Source: Epithemia pelagica
Taxonomy: Eukaryota; Protista; Bacillariophyta
Reading direction: 5' to 3'
Length of the DNA stretch: 64,000 bases
Assembly: GCA_946965045.2 (NCBI GenBank)
Contig: OX337232.1
Span: 3,844,001 to 3,908,000, forward strand
The stretch's first letter is position 1. Every line of letters begins with the position of its first letter. Both the position numbers and the translations under genes were made by a program. The notes below the pieces were generated by a model. That model had not been told where the DNA came from and made no database searches. It saw only the letters and a program-made list of their open reading frames with translations. Below, in pieces: positions 39,391 to 50,709 of the stretch.

Positions 39391-39732
39391 CTACGACACC
39401 TATGCGAGACTCTCCCTTTCTGGAATGCACCACTGTTGGATTTCGGTATCCCTGCCATAGCTACCGATCCATGGACAATGACTCTGTGTCCTACAAAGTG
39501 CCATGATGCCACCACAAAAGCCCCACATTCTTGTCTTACGGCCACACAACCATGCTGGTGGTATTACCACTTGTAGAGACACCAAAATTTGGTTGTTCCT
39601 TCCACGCCTTTTGACAAAAATGAACACGTTCTATCTTGCAACATGTTCTTTCTACTTTTGAGTACCTACCTACTAGGTTCCAGGATTGCAATCAAACGTA
39701 GAAAACAAGTCATCCAATAGAGAAATAAATGG

Positions 39733-40957
39733 CTAGGCTTGATCCTTCCGTTTGTCACCATGGACCGTATTGGGCCTTGCTCGTTTTGAAGCTGATGCCG
39801 AGATGGAGAATGGAGAGATATCAGCATCTCCGATACCCATTCCTTCCACTGAATGATACCATCCGCTGGGCTTCTGCTCACAGAGTCGACGAAAGCACCA
39901 TGTATTCTTGTCCATTAGTGGCATTGTCGCACAGGTAGGATTGCGCCATCCACCAATCACGGCAACCTGATTGGCAACAGTCACCATACTGCAGCCATTG
40001 CGTTGATTATCTAACGGTGGGAGATTCCAAACGCGGTTGCGGTGCGTGTCCAAGACTTCGAGGGTTTGACGGGTTCCTCCGGCCACAACCAGACAAGATC
40101 CCATGGCAACCATTGCACAAGGCCTTCGTGCATCGAAAAGCCTCAACTCCGAATGAGTGGTCCAGGTGGGTGAGAAGGAAATGAATCTCGAGCCAGTCTT
40201 GCTTTTTGCCTGATCATTGTCACAGGGTGTTGCGTAGTCCAAATACTCGACCGAGTCAAGATCGCCATGCTCGTTTTCGCCTCCAACCTCCAACGACAAA
40301 GATGTGGTGACTAACGACCGCACTGGAACATAATTGTCGAGGAACAGCCATGGATGGTCCTGCAATGACAGTATGGTTACTGGCATCAATAATATCCACC
40401 GACGACAAACAGCGATCGTTGTAATAGCCACCCACAACAATAATGTATCGGTTGTGAACCGCAACAGCACAACATCCACGTCCCGTTGATAAACGACAGT
40501 TTAATGTCGTCCAATGCCTCTCATGTTTGTTGCTTGCTGTTAAAGTTGATTGCAGCAAATCGTTGGCATCAATTTGTTCGATACAATCCAAATATCCTCG
40601 TACTCTATTGTATCCTCCCATTACGTAGACTGCTCCATTGCACTTTACAGCGGCATGTTCGTAACGTTTCTGGTTCATGGGTGGCCCTTCTCGCCACTGC
40701 TTGTTCTGTCCCTCCACATTCATTACAAGAACGGAATTGGTGGCAGCTTGGTCTTGTTTATATCCTCCCAACACGACGACCGTCTGCCCCCAGTTGTTGC
40801 TATCGTTATCCTTATCGGTATGATTTAGTACGACCGATGTATGAAACGAACGCCATCCACCCTTAAGGGGAGGCCAGTCATTTTCATTCCACTCTTCTGT
40901 CTCGTCGAAAAGGACAAGGCCCGACTGCCATGCTTGTTCTTGCAGCGTCATGCTCAT
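39733..40957 (-). pseudogene. Kelch-repeat protein with frameshift
   Basis: VVVLGG, VYVMGG, IIVVGG, IFVVGG, LVVAGG, AVIGG kelch repeats. A 7-bp tandem duplication (cctccaa x2, 40280-40293) shifts the frame. Confidence 0.85.
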
Positions 40958-41094
40958 GGTGCATTCATTTGACGAGACGTTTTGAGTATATGAGTGGCAG
41001 TGCGCGTGAGCTTCATGTCCACGTTTGCCATCTCCGTCCAGCAATGTTTGCGCGACCGGAATTTTCCCCAAAAGCTGTGCCCCACCGCACGCGC

Positions 41095-41495
41095 GACTGC
41101 TACGAATCTCACTACCCTAATAGCTACGGAGCTACTCTTCCATATAGCCATCAAAGCTCCTCCTACCAAACCATGCACGAGAGTTTCATTCATCCTTCAT
41201 GGGAGTATTGCAAGAACCCAGGTTACTGCTATATCCCCCAACAACTCTTGTTACAAAGAATAGAGCCTTCTTATAGTAATACTTTATATACGTATAAAAC
41301 CCCCCACAGAAAAAACACAGATAGAAGACTATGGATGACGATGAATTCATCATCATCATCATGATATGATCATCATGATCATTGCAATACTGGTGAGATA
41401 TGAAGAAACTGAACTTGCTCTACCCACGAAACACGAGAAAAAAGGAACTGATGGATTCACAGCTTGGGACTCATCTTGAGAATCAATCTTGGTAG
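41095..41495 (+). repeat. Dispersed direct repeat family, copy 3
   Basis: See copy 2. Confidence 0.85.
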
Positions 41496-41919
41496 TGCGC
41501 TGTCGTCGCACCAAATGAGATTGTCAAGTCCAACAAACGAGGGTAGAAGAAGGGTAGCTCTATACAGAGCACAAATCTTGAAAGTTCGTGGCCAGAGAGA
41601 GTCTTGGAACTTGGAACCAACATGGAACTCAAGACGAGGCACGATTCACTCGCACACGTACGGCGCGGTTCACCACTCCCGAATGCAACAAGGATCAACA
41701 TCTGTACACAAGAATGGTTGTGCCCTTGTCGTCGTTGTGTTCTTGTGGAAACCGTACGCTGCAGGCTATACACAACGATTGTGGTCTTGTGTCTTGTGTG
41801 TGTGTGGCCCCTTGTCCGGAACACGGCACGGCACAGCCGTAGGAATCATTCCCACTGGCCGAATGCCAGGATCGTCTTGAGAGATGAGATGTACGACAAC
41901 ACACACTTGTCCTTTGTGG

Positions 41920-43266
41920 TTAATGAGAATTTCGTCGGGCACCCGCACTGGAACTGGATCCTCGTGATGATGATGGTGGTGGAGTCACAGTTTGGTTCTT
42001 GTGGTCTCGATGGTCTTGGTGCGAACCCGCGCCAGCCGCCCGTGCTTCGGCGGCTCGTTCGGCCACGACGGAATGTTCCATGGTGGCTGCCAAATAGCGG
42101 GCAAACAATCGCGAGGGACGACTCACTTCGAGGGAAATTTGACACATGTTTTCGGCCAACATGTGGCAGTGCGGATCGTCCAAATTCACTCGTCGTGGTT
42201 TGCGACTGTGAGACGGCCGACGGCTGCCAGTCTCTTGCTCTTGTTGCTGCTGTTGCTGATCAAAAAAGTGATGTTGCAAATCTTGAAGGGTATGCATGAG
42301 AGAGGCTCGCAATTCCGATCGATCCTTGCCAATCTTGGTCACGAGGAGTCGTTCGAGGCCCAAGACACATTCGGTATCGAGCGAGGTGCGATAGAGACGC
42401 AACAAAGTGGCTTGTTCGTGCGGGGTCAAAATGCTTTGATCGCGGGGCAAATACACGACTTGTTCCAGTTCCATGGCAAAGCAGGTATCGTACAGAGGTT
42501 CAATCAAGGCCGTGTAGGAAAAGGGTTTGCGGGTGGCATCGCGCGCACGACGATCTTGCGCCTTGAGGACCGATTTGACTGTTTTAATGACATTGTACTT
42601 GAATCGCTTGTAGTCCTCCCCATTGTACCATCGCGACTCGACATCGTACAATACGGAATCATCCCGCATCGTAGTGTCTGTAGTCGTATTCACAGAGAGA
42701 GCCGCCCCGGATGATGATGGTGATGGTTGTTGGGGAGCATATTGATTCCGCGACAAATCAAACATGACTCGCTGAGCTCCATGCGGACGAAACAAGCTCT
42801 TGCTCTTGGTAGTTTGCCGTCCCACGGGAACAACAACAGATCCCCCTGATAATGATGGTGATGATGTCGCTTCGGCATCGGGACTTTCTTGTTCATGTTG
42901 TGGTGAAACCGCACGCGGTGCTGGCAATCCACAAGTCTGTTGTTGTTGTGGGAACTGCGTTTGTTGTGGCACATGCGCAGATGAAGAAGAGGAACCAAGG
43001 ACTGCCGTTTCGGGTGGTGGCAGAATGACACTGGTTTCGGTCGCTCGTTCAGCTCGTCGCGAGTAGTAACGATGAGCATTGGAAGATGATGGATGATGCA
43101 CCTTTGGTTTTTGGGTCAAACCGGCATCGGCGGTAAAGGTTGAAGAGAGGGAGACATCATCGGAAAAGGAGGAAGACAATGGCGCATCCTCCATACGAGA
43201 TGAAGGATGATAATTGGACTGTGGTGGTGGTACCAACAGGGTCACACTGGGCATGTCTTGTCTCAT
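41920..43266 (-). CDS. Hypothetical protein of a diatom-type family
   Basis: Long ORF with RVMFDLSRN…RWYNGEDYKRFK…LGLERL…SRPSRLFA pattern. Start uncertain. Confidence 0.65.
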   Translation of the reverse strand: MRQDMPSVTLLVPPPQSNYHPSSRMEDAPLSSSFSDDVSLSSTFTADAGLTQKPKVHHPSSSNAHRYYSRRAERATETSVILPPPETAVLGSSSSSAHVPQQTQFPQQQQTCGLPAPRAVSPQHEQESPDAEATSSPSLSGGSVVVPVGRQTTKSKSLFRPHGAQRVMFDLSRNQYAPQQPSPSSSGAALSVNTTTDTTMRDDSVLYDVESRWYNGEDYKRFKYNVIKTVKSVLKAQDRRARDATRKPFSYTALIEPLYDTCFAMELEQVVYLPRDQSILTPHEQATLLRLYRTSLDTECVLGLERLLVTKIGKDRSELRASLMHTLQDLQHHFFDQQQQQQEQETGSRRPSHSRKPRRVNLDDPHCHMLAENMCQISLEVSRPSRLFARYLAATMEHSVVAERAAEARAAGAGSHQDHRDHKNQTVTPPPSSSRGSSSSAGARRNSH

Positions 43267-44352
43267 GATAATGGTTGTCGAGTATAGTGATGATACTGAG
43301 TGTGTTGTGAATGACTGGAGAAGAGCAGCACAAGCCAAAAGTACGATCAAGCAATGGAAAATGGATGCCAGTGTCAAGAACCACAACAATCTGGTGGTTG
43401 CACACTTCTCCCACAGAGACTTGTTGTTGTTTGTTGTTTGTGTTGGCGTTTGTGAATGTATCACTCCAAGCCTACGGTAGTCTCTATTCAAGCCAAGAGA
43501 CAAAAGGAAGCAATGGTAGTCTTCCTCCACAACTTTGCTATTGTTGTTGTTGTTGTTGCTGGTGGTGGTGGTTGCCAAAACGGTTCTAGAGAGAGATGAG
43601 AGATGATCCAAACAACCGCACACCACCGCGGAGAGAAGGCGCAGGGAATGAGGAGTCACGAACGGCCTCCCGCCTCCTCTTCAATGGCCCCGCGGCTAAA
43701 CACTCCCTACCAGATCATCCAAAGTACGACCACCGTGCCATCGCAAATCGGGGACCAACGCAAACGAGTCCTCCACAGGCCAAAAAGGATTGAGGTGTAC
43801 TATCTATATTCGGTATTGGACCGATTGGTAGTCGTAGTCTCGCGTACAAGTCGAATCGAGTTCCGAATGGTTGTAAAGGACAAGCCTTACGGTCGATACG
43901 AATCATATGCGTCTTGGCAACCTCAACTCATAAAATAGGCCTATCTCCTGTTCGATTCTTCTAAATAATGTTGCAGGTCAGTTCCATTTCAATATATTGC
44001 CATAAGTCAAGAAAGACAGCCAACATCAGAAACACGTCAGAAGCGCTTAAGAAAGCAAATTCCTACAAAGATGTCCATAGTAATGATACTGCACAGAGGA
44101 ACTCGCTTTTCTCATGTTCATCCCCTTTCAAAAGATCCCACATATTTTATATCCGTGCTATTCAACGTAAAACAAGTTCAGATTCAAATTTATGACGTAA
44201 TTTCGCCCCGAAATATTGTTCCAAATGGGGTGAAAGCGAGTCTTGAAGGCGAAATCCATCAGATCCATCTCCATGGCACCAGACCCCCAAGATTGAGGTT
44301 TCTCCGAAAAATGTCACAAAACTAATGCCCCCACTCGATGAACAATAGCCGT

Positions 44353-45580
44353 GGGGGAGAATGCAATGACTTTCTTCGACATTCCTAGCAAAAGCCTTGT
44401 CGAAATGGTCATTAAAGCTACCAACTTATTTAATTGGCGCACCTCTGTCAGAATGTCAGAATATCTCTGGGGGAGAATGCAATGACTTTCTTCGACATTT
44501 CTTGCAAAAGCCTTGTCGAAATGGTCATTAACGCCATACGTAAGGAACGGGTTTTAAGGGTAACGGAGTAGAAAATAAACTACTCCCATAAAAAATATGG
44601 GATCAGTGCTTTGACTCCCATAAACTACTCCCATCTTAACACGGTTTGAAAACTCCCAGTTTTAATTTCGAGTACAAATTTATTCATAGTGAGAATTTTT
44701 TGTCATTTTAGTCGCTTTTCTCGAACTTGAGCGGCCATCCGCGATGACCATGAGAGACAATGAGGGCGGACAATGAAAATGGCATGGATCATCTTCCAAT
44801 GATGCCAAACCAGGTCAGAATGGATGAAGGAAAGTCAATTGATCAAGACAGATGGTATGTGGAGGCGAAAGTTGACCAAGGAAAGGTTCAATGTGTCGAA
44901 AAAGGGTCAATGCTGTGAAGCAGGCAAAAACATGGTCTGAGAGAGGGAATTGCCGAATGCTCAACAGAGGTGCTGTCAAATCACAAATAAAGACAAAGTC
45001 CTATAGTTCATATTATTTTACACCAGAATGGAAGGTCTTGACATTTGCTGTTGGATATTGAGTGTGTGCGTACTGCTCAAAGTTGGGCCATGGTCGATGG
45101 GAAGAGAAAATCACAAAAATCATCCAAGTTTTGATACACGAAACGACTGTTATAATTTAAAAATCAGTGTAGACTATGATATATGAAAATGTTCAAAATT
45201 CCACAAACTATTAGAATTACAAGTGAAAAAGACAATGACGTCTATATTCCAATTAGTAGATGTCTTCAAAGTTATGGGAGGAGTGTATATACTGCTCGAA
45301 TTTATGGGATCAGTATATATACTGCTCCCTTACGTATGGCGTTAAAGCTATCATCTATCATCTGATTTAATCTGGGGGAGAATGCAATCACTTTCTTCGA
45401 CATTTCTAGCAAAAGCCTTGTCGAAATGGTCATTAAAGCTATCATCTATCATCTGATTTAATCTGGGGGAGAATGCAATCACTTTCTTCGACATTTCTAG
45501 CAAAAGCCTTGTCGAAATGGTCATTAAAGCTATCATCTGATTTAATCGGCGCACCTCCGTCAGAATATCTCTGGGGGATA
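44353..45580. repeat. Tandem minisatellite of hairpin-forming units (periods 116, 91, 91, 108 bp after removing the insertion)
   Basis: Unit gggggagaatgcaatgactttcttcgacatt.ctagcaaaagccttgtcgaaatggtcattaaagcta at 44353, 44469, 45374, 45465; partial at 45573. Confidence 0.9.
44532..45341. mobile_element. piggyBac-like non-autonomous element (810 bp)
   Basis: TTAA duplicated at 44528-44531 and 45342-45345. 14-bp TIR cgccatacgtaagg/ccttacgtatggcg. Subterminal actcccataaa/ttatggga motifs. Confidence 0.88.
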
Positions 45581-46538
45581 TCTCGGGACTGAACAATCAG
45601 ATGCTGGGTGGACACCTACAATCACACTTCTATACTCTTTTATTTCTCTGTGATGGTATCGATTCGATCTTTTGATCCGATATGTGGTTGGTCGGACCAC
45701 AGATACGGGAAGGGACATTTCACGATTGGGCTTTCTGTCCTCATAACCAAAACATCCAAACGGTGCATGCCGAGAAAGACGATCGGAAGATGGGAGCCAC
45801 AACCACAACAGAAATCAAGGCCGGTGTTACAGGAATGGACAGGAGAATCCAACACGAAAAAAGAATAATACCAATGGACTTGGGATGCGGACGGATCATA
45901 CGCTCCAGACATGAGTGTGTGTGCTTGATAGATGCGCCTCCTATTCGACGGGACCTGCGATAGGGCGACACGGTCTTTCCATGTAGAGTGTAGAGTCGTT
46001 TCCGTGGGTGAAGCGAAACAAGACGTTTGGTGAGGCAAAAACACACACAAGTTTCTCAATTTGTGAAAGAAACTACATTCTTTCGACAGAACGAATCGAA
46101 CTAACTACACAACCGTGTAAGCGTAGCGTCCAATGAGGAACTTGTCATCCTGGTGCTAGCTACGTAGCATGATAGACAATAGAACATAGAACCTCCGCGG
46201 AAGGGAAAGTAGACTGAGACTACGATAGCTCCGTTTTCACGTAGGAAACATGAATGCCCGTTTGGGATATTGAACCTATAGGAGTCGTTTAAGGCTAGTA
46301 CCATGATGTCTCCCCGTCGTATCATTGATTGCAATGAACAACTAACCCATAAAGGCGTCCTAACCTGCTGAGCAAACGTGGGGTAGTCGTTTCGACAATA
46401 GGTACGGATGCACGCTTCTGCCAGAGTACCCTTTGTCGGGAATGCATATTGTCCAATAGGACGATACCACATGCATATCAGTGTGGGTGTATATACATAA
46501 TATGTCTCATTTTAGGCACGCTTCTATCTTTGGCTTTA

Positions 46539-49500
46539 TTATTGAGTAAAAAGTTTTGTCATGGCACCTACATTGATACGTGCACCGCTGTGAATCCAAG
46601 GCAACAAATCCACATCCTGTTCTCGCAAACCACCCATATCTCCTTCACTAGCGCGCACTCGTCGCTTGAACGCGTCACGACTAGGATGTCCCAATCGTCC
46701 ATACCAGGAATAACAGAGCTTGCGACGTTCCGACTCATCGCCGCCTCCATTCACATCGTCATCGTCTTCCTCGTCCTTGCTACTAGCACTGCTCGTTTGA
46801 CTACTGCTAGTTTTGCTCTTTTGTGTGGTCGTCGATGATTGTTCCGAGTGTTGATCATGATGTTGTTGCCGTTGCAGTTCTCGGTTTCGATGCTCCGGTC
46901 TGTGGTCTACAGAAAAGTCGGCCGAGACGCTGTTTCGCCTCGTTCTTCTCGCACCACGGTCGTCATCAAGATCACCACTATCGCTGGAGGAATGCATCAG
47001 ACTTGGCTTTGGATTTCCGTTCCTGTTCTGATGACCAGAATTCTTGAACAACAAATTGTGCAACGGATCCACCTTCTTGCTGTTGGTGGACGAGGAATTC
47101 GAATTCACACTCGCAATGCTCCCTCCCGTTCCTGCAATGGAGGAACGGCGTCTTCTCCGTCGTCTCGAGGACGATCGACGACGGCGGTAGGAACCACCAG
47201 AACTGGAACCGTCATCGTCTTCACCTCGACGCCGCAAGGCTCGTCGTGCCATGCGTCGCATTTCCGAAGATTTGCTGGCCCGTCGCGCCGCTCGCATTTT
47301 GCCGTTTGGTGAAGTTGGGCTGGCCATGTTGGAACTTGTTTTGGGTGTACGTCTATGTTGGATCACATCGAGATCGTCGGATCCAGCACCATGACTTCGT
47401 GTTGAAGATATGGAGCCTTTGGAACTCGCGTCTGTTTCGTCGCCATTGGGCGACGGCTCGGTACCGTCATTGTTGCTCTTGTTTCTCCGACGGATAATGA
47501 CTCGATCATCACTGATATCATCCAAACTTCCGCTATGACCACTGCCATTCATGATGACATTGTTGGCACTCCCCACACTCCCAGGTGACGATGGATCATT
47601 ATTCTTTTTCCGCAACCGAGCCTTGAGGACAATCTTCTTGCTGCCAGTCTTGGAGGCAACCGTTGACAAGTCGTCATCTTTGCTATACTGGTAGTGCTCG
47701 GCTTTTTGTCGTGGCGAGTCCAATCCTTCAGTGGTATCCTCTTCTTGTCGTCTGGCTCGTCTCGTCGGAGACGCAGGGGCGGGCGACATGGGCACAGCGG
47801 CAGCGCTTGCACGAGAGGGTGACGCTGTCTCGCTGTCATTAGACTTTTTCTTTGGGCTGCTGTTCTTACTATCCAATTGTTTTCGTTCCTCCTTGGCGAT
47901 TCTCCAATCTGGTGTAGCCCGATGTCCTCCGTGATAGTAGTCATTGAGTGTCCATTTGAGCTGTTGCGTCGGAGCAGCATCCGGCACTGGTTGCGGGGGT
48001 TGGCGAGCTGGAAATTCGGGAAATTTGGCGGGCGGTGCTGGAATAATGGTTCGTTGGTAGTATTTACTAGGAGACCGACGGGGTATGGCTGTGAGATCTG
48101 ACGCCGTTCGTTGAGGAGTCTTGGGGGAATCTCGTTTCTTTTTCTTCTTTTTGTCAGCCTCCTCATCTTTCTTGGGGGTGGAGGGAGCAGTCTCGGTCTC
48201 ACGCTTCTCTTGATCATATTGATGTAATACATGGTCATCATTTTCCTCGTCATCTGGATCTTCATTGCTCATGATACTACCTGTCAGATTTGTAGCATTG
48301 GTATATGTCAACGTGCTTGTGGTAGTACTCGTGTCTCGAAGTATAAGCTCCTCCCCTTCTTCCTCTTCATCTTGGTCATCTTCGTCCTCGTCTTCTTGGT
48401 TGTCTTGCAGATCGGGTGGTGGAGGGCCTGGAAGGTCTTTTGGACCTTGAAGACGGTGCATCCCTTCTCGTTTGGTCGATGACGGTGATTCTTGCTGTTG
48501 GGTCAAGGGCGGCGGTGGTATTGCACTAGAGTTGGTAGTGTTGTTGTTGAGTTTGTTGTCGGTTCGTTGTTTGGGTGGTGCTGGAACGGTCAATGACCAA
48601 TACCAGGATCCTCCAGAATCGTCCGACAATTCCGATACATTGTCCGACAGATCATCGTAGCAACTCGTGTTACTACCTCCCTTGTTTTTGAATTTCGTCA
48701 GCCGAAGCGGAATGACCATTCCACAGAGAGAAACGACATTGGAGGACGATGAATCGTCCTGATAGTGCTCCACAAGAGGCTGTTGTTGTTGGTAGTCCTC
48801 GTAACCGTCGTGTTCGTCGTGCTCTTCGTCGTCGTCCTCATCATCATCAAAATCGTCTTCTTCGTCCTCATCTTCCTCGTCGTATTCACTAGGAAAGGAA
48901 TGCTTCGATGAGGAAATGGTTACCACAACACCATTTTCATTTTCGTATTGATAAAATTCTTCATCGTCTGATCGCAATATATCACGGCATTTGAGCATGG
49001 CTCCATGCAAACCCAGATCATTGCCCATAATTCCACAGAAGGCTTCCAAATGCTGTTCATAACGCTCCATTTCTTCCAATAATTGCCGATCGGCCACTTC
49101 TCGCAACAAGGCATCCGTCATGTGGTGCAAGACATCGCGACACAAACACAAACGATCGTATTCGACAAAGCCATCGCGGACCAAGACGGCCCCCATATCA
49201 AATTTGGTATAGCCAGCGGCATTTTCTTGCTCAAGCGTTCCTGGAATCAACGCCTGCGTATGTTGAATCATGCCCGTCAATTGCTTTTGCAATTCACCCA
49301 GCGATTGTCGTGATTTCACAGGCACTTTGGTGGTGGACAAGTCTCCGGCCGAAATGAGTCGTTCCAGTGCCTTGAGCAGCAAGACCAACCGATCGAGGCG
49401 TCGTGCAAAGGCGTGATACTTTTGACCAGCTTTGGTGATGCTGACTCCTTCCAAATGAGATTCAAATTGTTGCAAAAAGTGCTTTTTCCATTTGGCAAAG

Positions 49501-49592
49501 CCCCGGCGCGTTTCAATCAAATCCAACTTGCGCAGTAAATCCTTGAGCACCGGATCTTGATCCAGCGGGTTGGTCAAAATTGCGCGAACCAT
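46539..49592 (-). CDS. Large hypothetical protein (~1017 aa): conserved N-terminal helical domain, disordered centre, C-terminal CYSWYGRLGHP…DVDLLPW domain
   Basis: Uninterrupted ORF. N-terminal domain is paralogous to 50710-52155. Confidence 0.8.
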   Translation of the reverse strand: MVRAILTNPLDQDPVLKDLLRKLDLIETRRGFAKWKKHFLQQFESHLEGVSITKAGQKYHAFARRLDRLVLLLKALERLISAGDLSTTKVPVKSRQSLGELQKQLTGMIQHTQALIPGTLEQENAAGYTKFDMGAVLVRDGFVEYDRLCLCRDVLHHMTDALLREVADRQLLEEMERYEQHLEAFCGIMGNDLGLHGAMLKCRDILRSDDEEFYQYENENGVVVTISSSKHSFPSEYDEEDEDEEDDFDDDEDDDEEHDEHDGYEDYQQQQPLVEHYQDDSSSSNVVSLCGMVIPLRLTKFKNKGGSNTSCYDDLSDNVSELSDDSGGSWYWSLTVPAPPKQRTDNKLNNNTTNSSAIPPPPLTQQQESPSSTKREGMHRLQGPKDLPGPPPPDLQDNQEDEDEDDQDEEEEGEELILRDTSTTTSTLTYTNATNLTGSIMSNEDPDDEENDDHVLHQYDQEKRETETAPSTPKKDEEADKKKKKKRDSPKTPQRTASDLTAIPRRSPSKYYQRTIIPAPPAKFPEFPARQPPQPVPDAAPTQQLKWTLNDYYHGGHRATPDWRIAKEERKQLDSKNSSPKKKSNDSETASPSRASAAAVPMSPAPASPTRRARRQEEDTTEGLDSPRQKAEHYQYSKDDDLSTVASKTGSKKIVLKARLRKKNNDPSSPGSVGSANNVIMNGSGHSGSLDDISDDRVIIRRRNKSNNDGTEPSPNGDETDASSKGSISSTRSHGAGSDDLDVIQHRRTPKTSSNMASPTSPNGKMRAARRASKSSEMRRMARRALRRRGEDDDGSSSGGSYRRRRSSSRRRRRRRSSIAGTGGSIASVNSNSSSTNSKKVDPLHNLLFKNSGHQNRNGNPKPSLMHSSSDSGDLDDDRGARRTRRNSVSADFSVDHRPEHRNRELQRQQHHDQHSEQSSTTTQKSKTSSSQTSSASSKDEEDDDDVNGGGDESERRKLCYSWYGRLGHPSRDAFKRRVRASEGDMGGLREQDVDLLPWIHSGARINVGAMTKLFTQ

Positions 49593-50709
49593 GGTGTGCG
49601 TGTCCTGTTTCTCTCTTTTCCGAACAACTCCAACGAAGTCTAGAGACAGCGGTGCAGATTCGGTGGTATTCCTTGCGGTTTTTGAAAGGTCCAAACTACA
49701 ACCAACGGAACGCTGACCGCCAACAGCTCCTCCAAGATCGAAATTGGATGGAAAATACTCCACTGGAGAGCTGTCAATAGAAAACAAAGAAGCAATATCC
49801 TTGGCCGTTTCCGCTTTCGACTCTCATCTCTCGGGTGGCACGAAACCACACCGTGTTTTACTCTGCGGCGGGGGTCTGTCACGCCCCAAAACACACTCTC
49901 GCTCTATAAAAGCTGAAGCAAGCATGCAAGCTTGGGCGTTGCGCATCCCCCCATTCTTTCTGAATGGATTGGGGAAAGTCAGATGTCTCGGTCCTAGCTG
50001 TCTCGTCCCATTCAAATGTCTTTTTCCTCGGTTTCCGGGTTTCCAATATACACTTTGATTCTATACGGACGGTCCATCTGGAACAGTCGGTCGCGGAAAT
50101 GCAAGCCGTTCTGATCCCAACCATTCTGCAACTCGTCGATCCGCAAGGGAAGGGTCACGAGAGGTGTCGTTGGCCTGTCCACAAACGGCAATTGCATCGG
50201 TCTCGACTTTTATGCCCATGGGACCCTCAATCTTGACCGTCCCGAAATATTCGAAGATACCAAACAATGCGTCCTCCTTTTTCTAGAGGAGCATAGTTTT
50301 CCATTCCTTACCACATCTAGCACTCTATCAAACAACAAACAACCAAGCTCCTGTTTCGTTGACCGCAAGGACTGAAACCCAGTACAATCATGGCTTGTCG
50401 AAACAAGCCTAAGCAACTATACATAGCGGTTGCGATTCTGTTTTTCCGCTTTCTAGTAGGAGTGCATCAACAGAATACTTCTGACCACTCTAGCTCTAAG
50501 CTTCGTTTCATCTCCAAACGGGCGATGCTATGGGTGAATGAGCCATGTATGAACAAACACTATAGTACCTTCTGGTTTATGGTACAGCAACTAAATCGAG
50601 ATTCCGTCATGAGAAAAAGAGAGCATTTACACTGACACGAAATGCCCATGACAATAGTCTGGAACAGCAATCACCGACTGTCGCAATGGTCAATGTCCAA
50701 CGTCAATTA

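Noticed and set aside
44353-45580. CRISPR array
   Set aside because: The repeats are ~66 bp, the spacers are related to each other, there are no cas genes, and the context is eukaryotic.
49824-50340. Gene between the two paralogues
   Set aside because: A coding-like minus frame broken by TAG stops, with no recognisable family; too weak to call.
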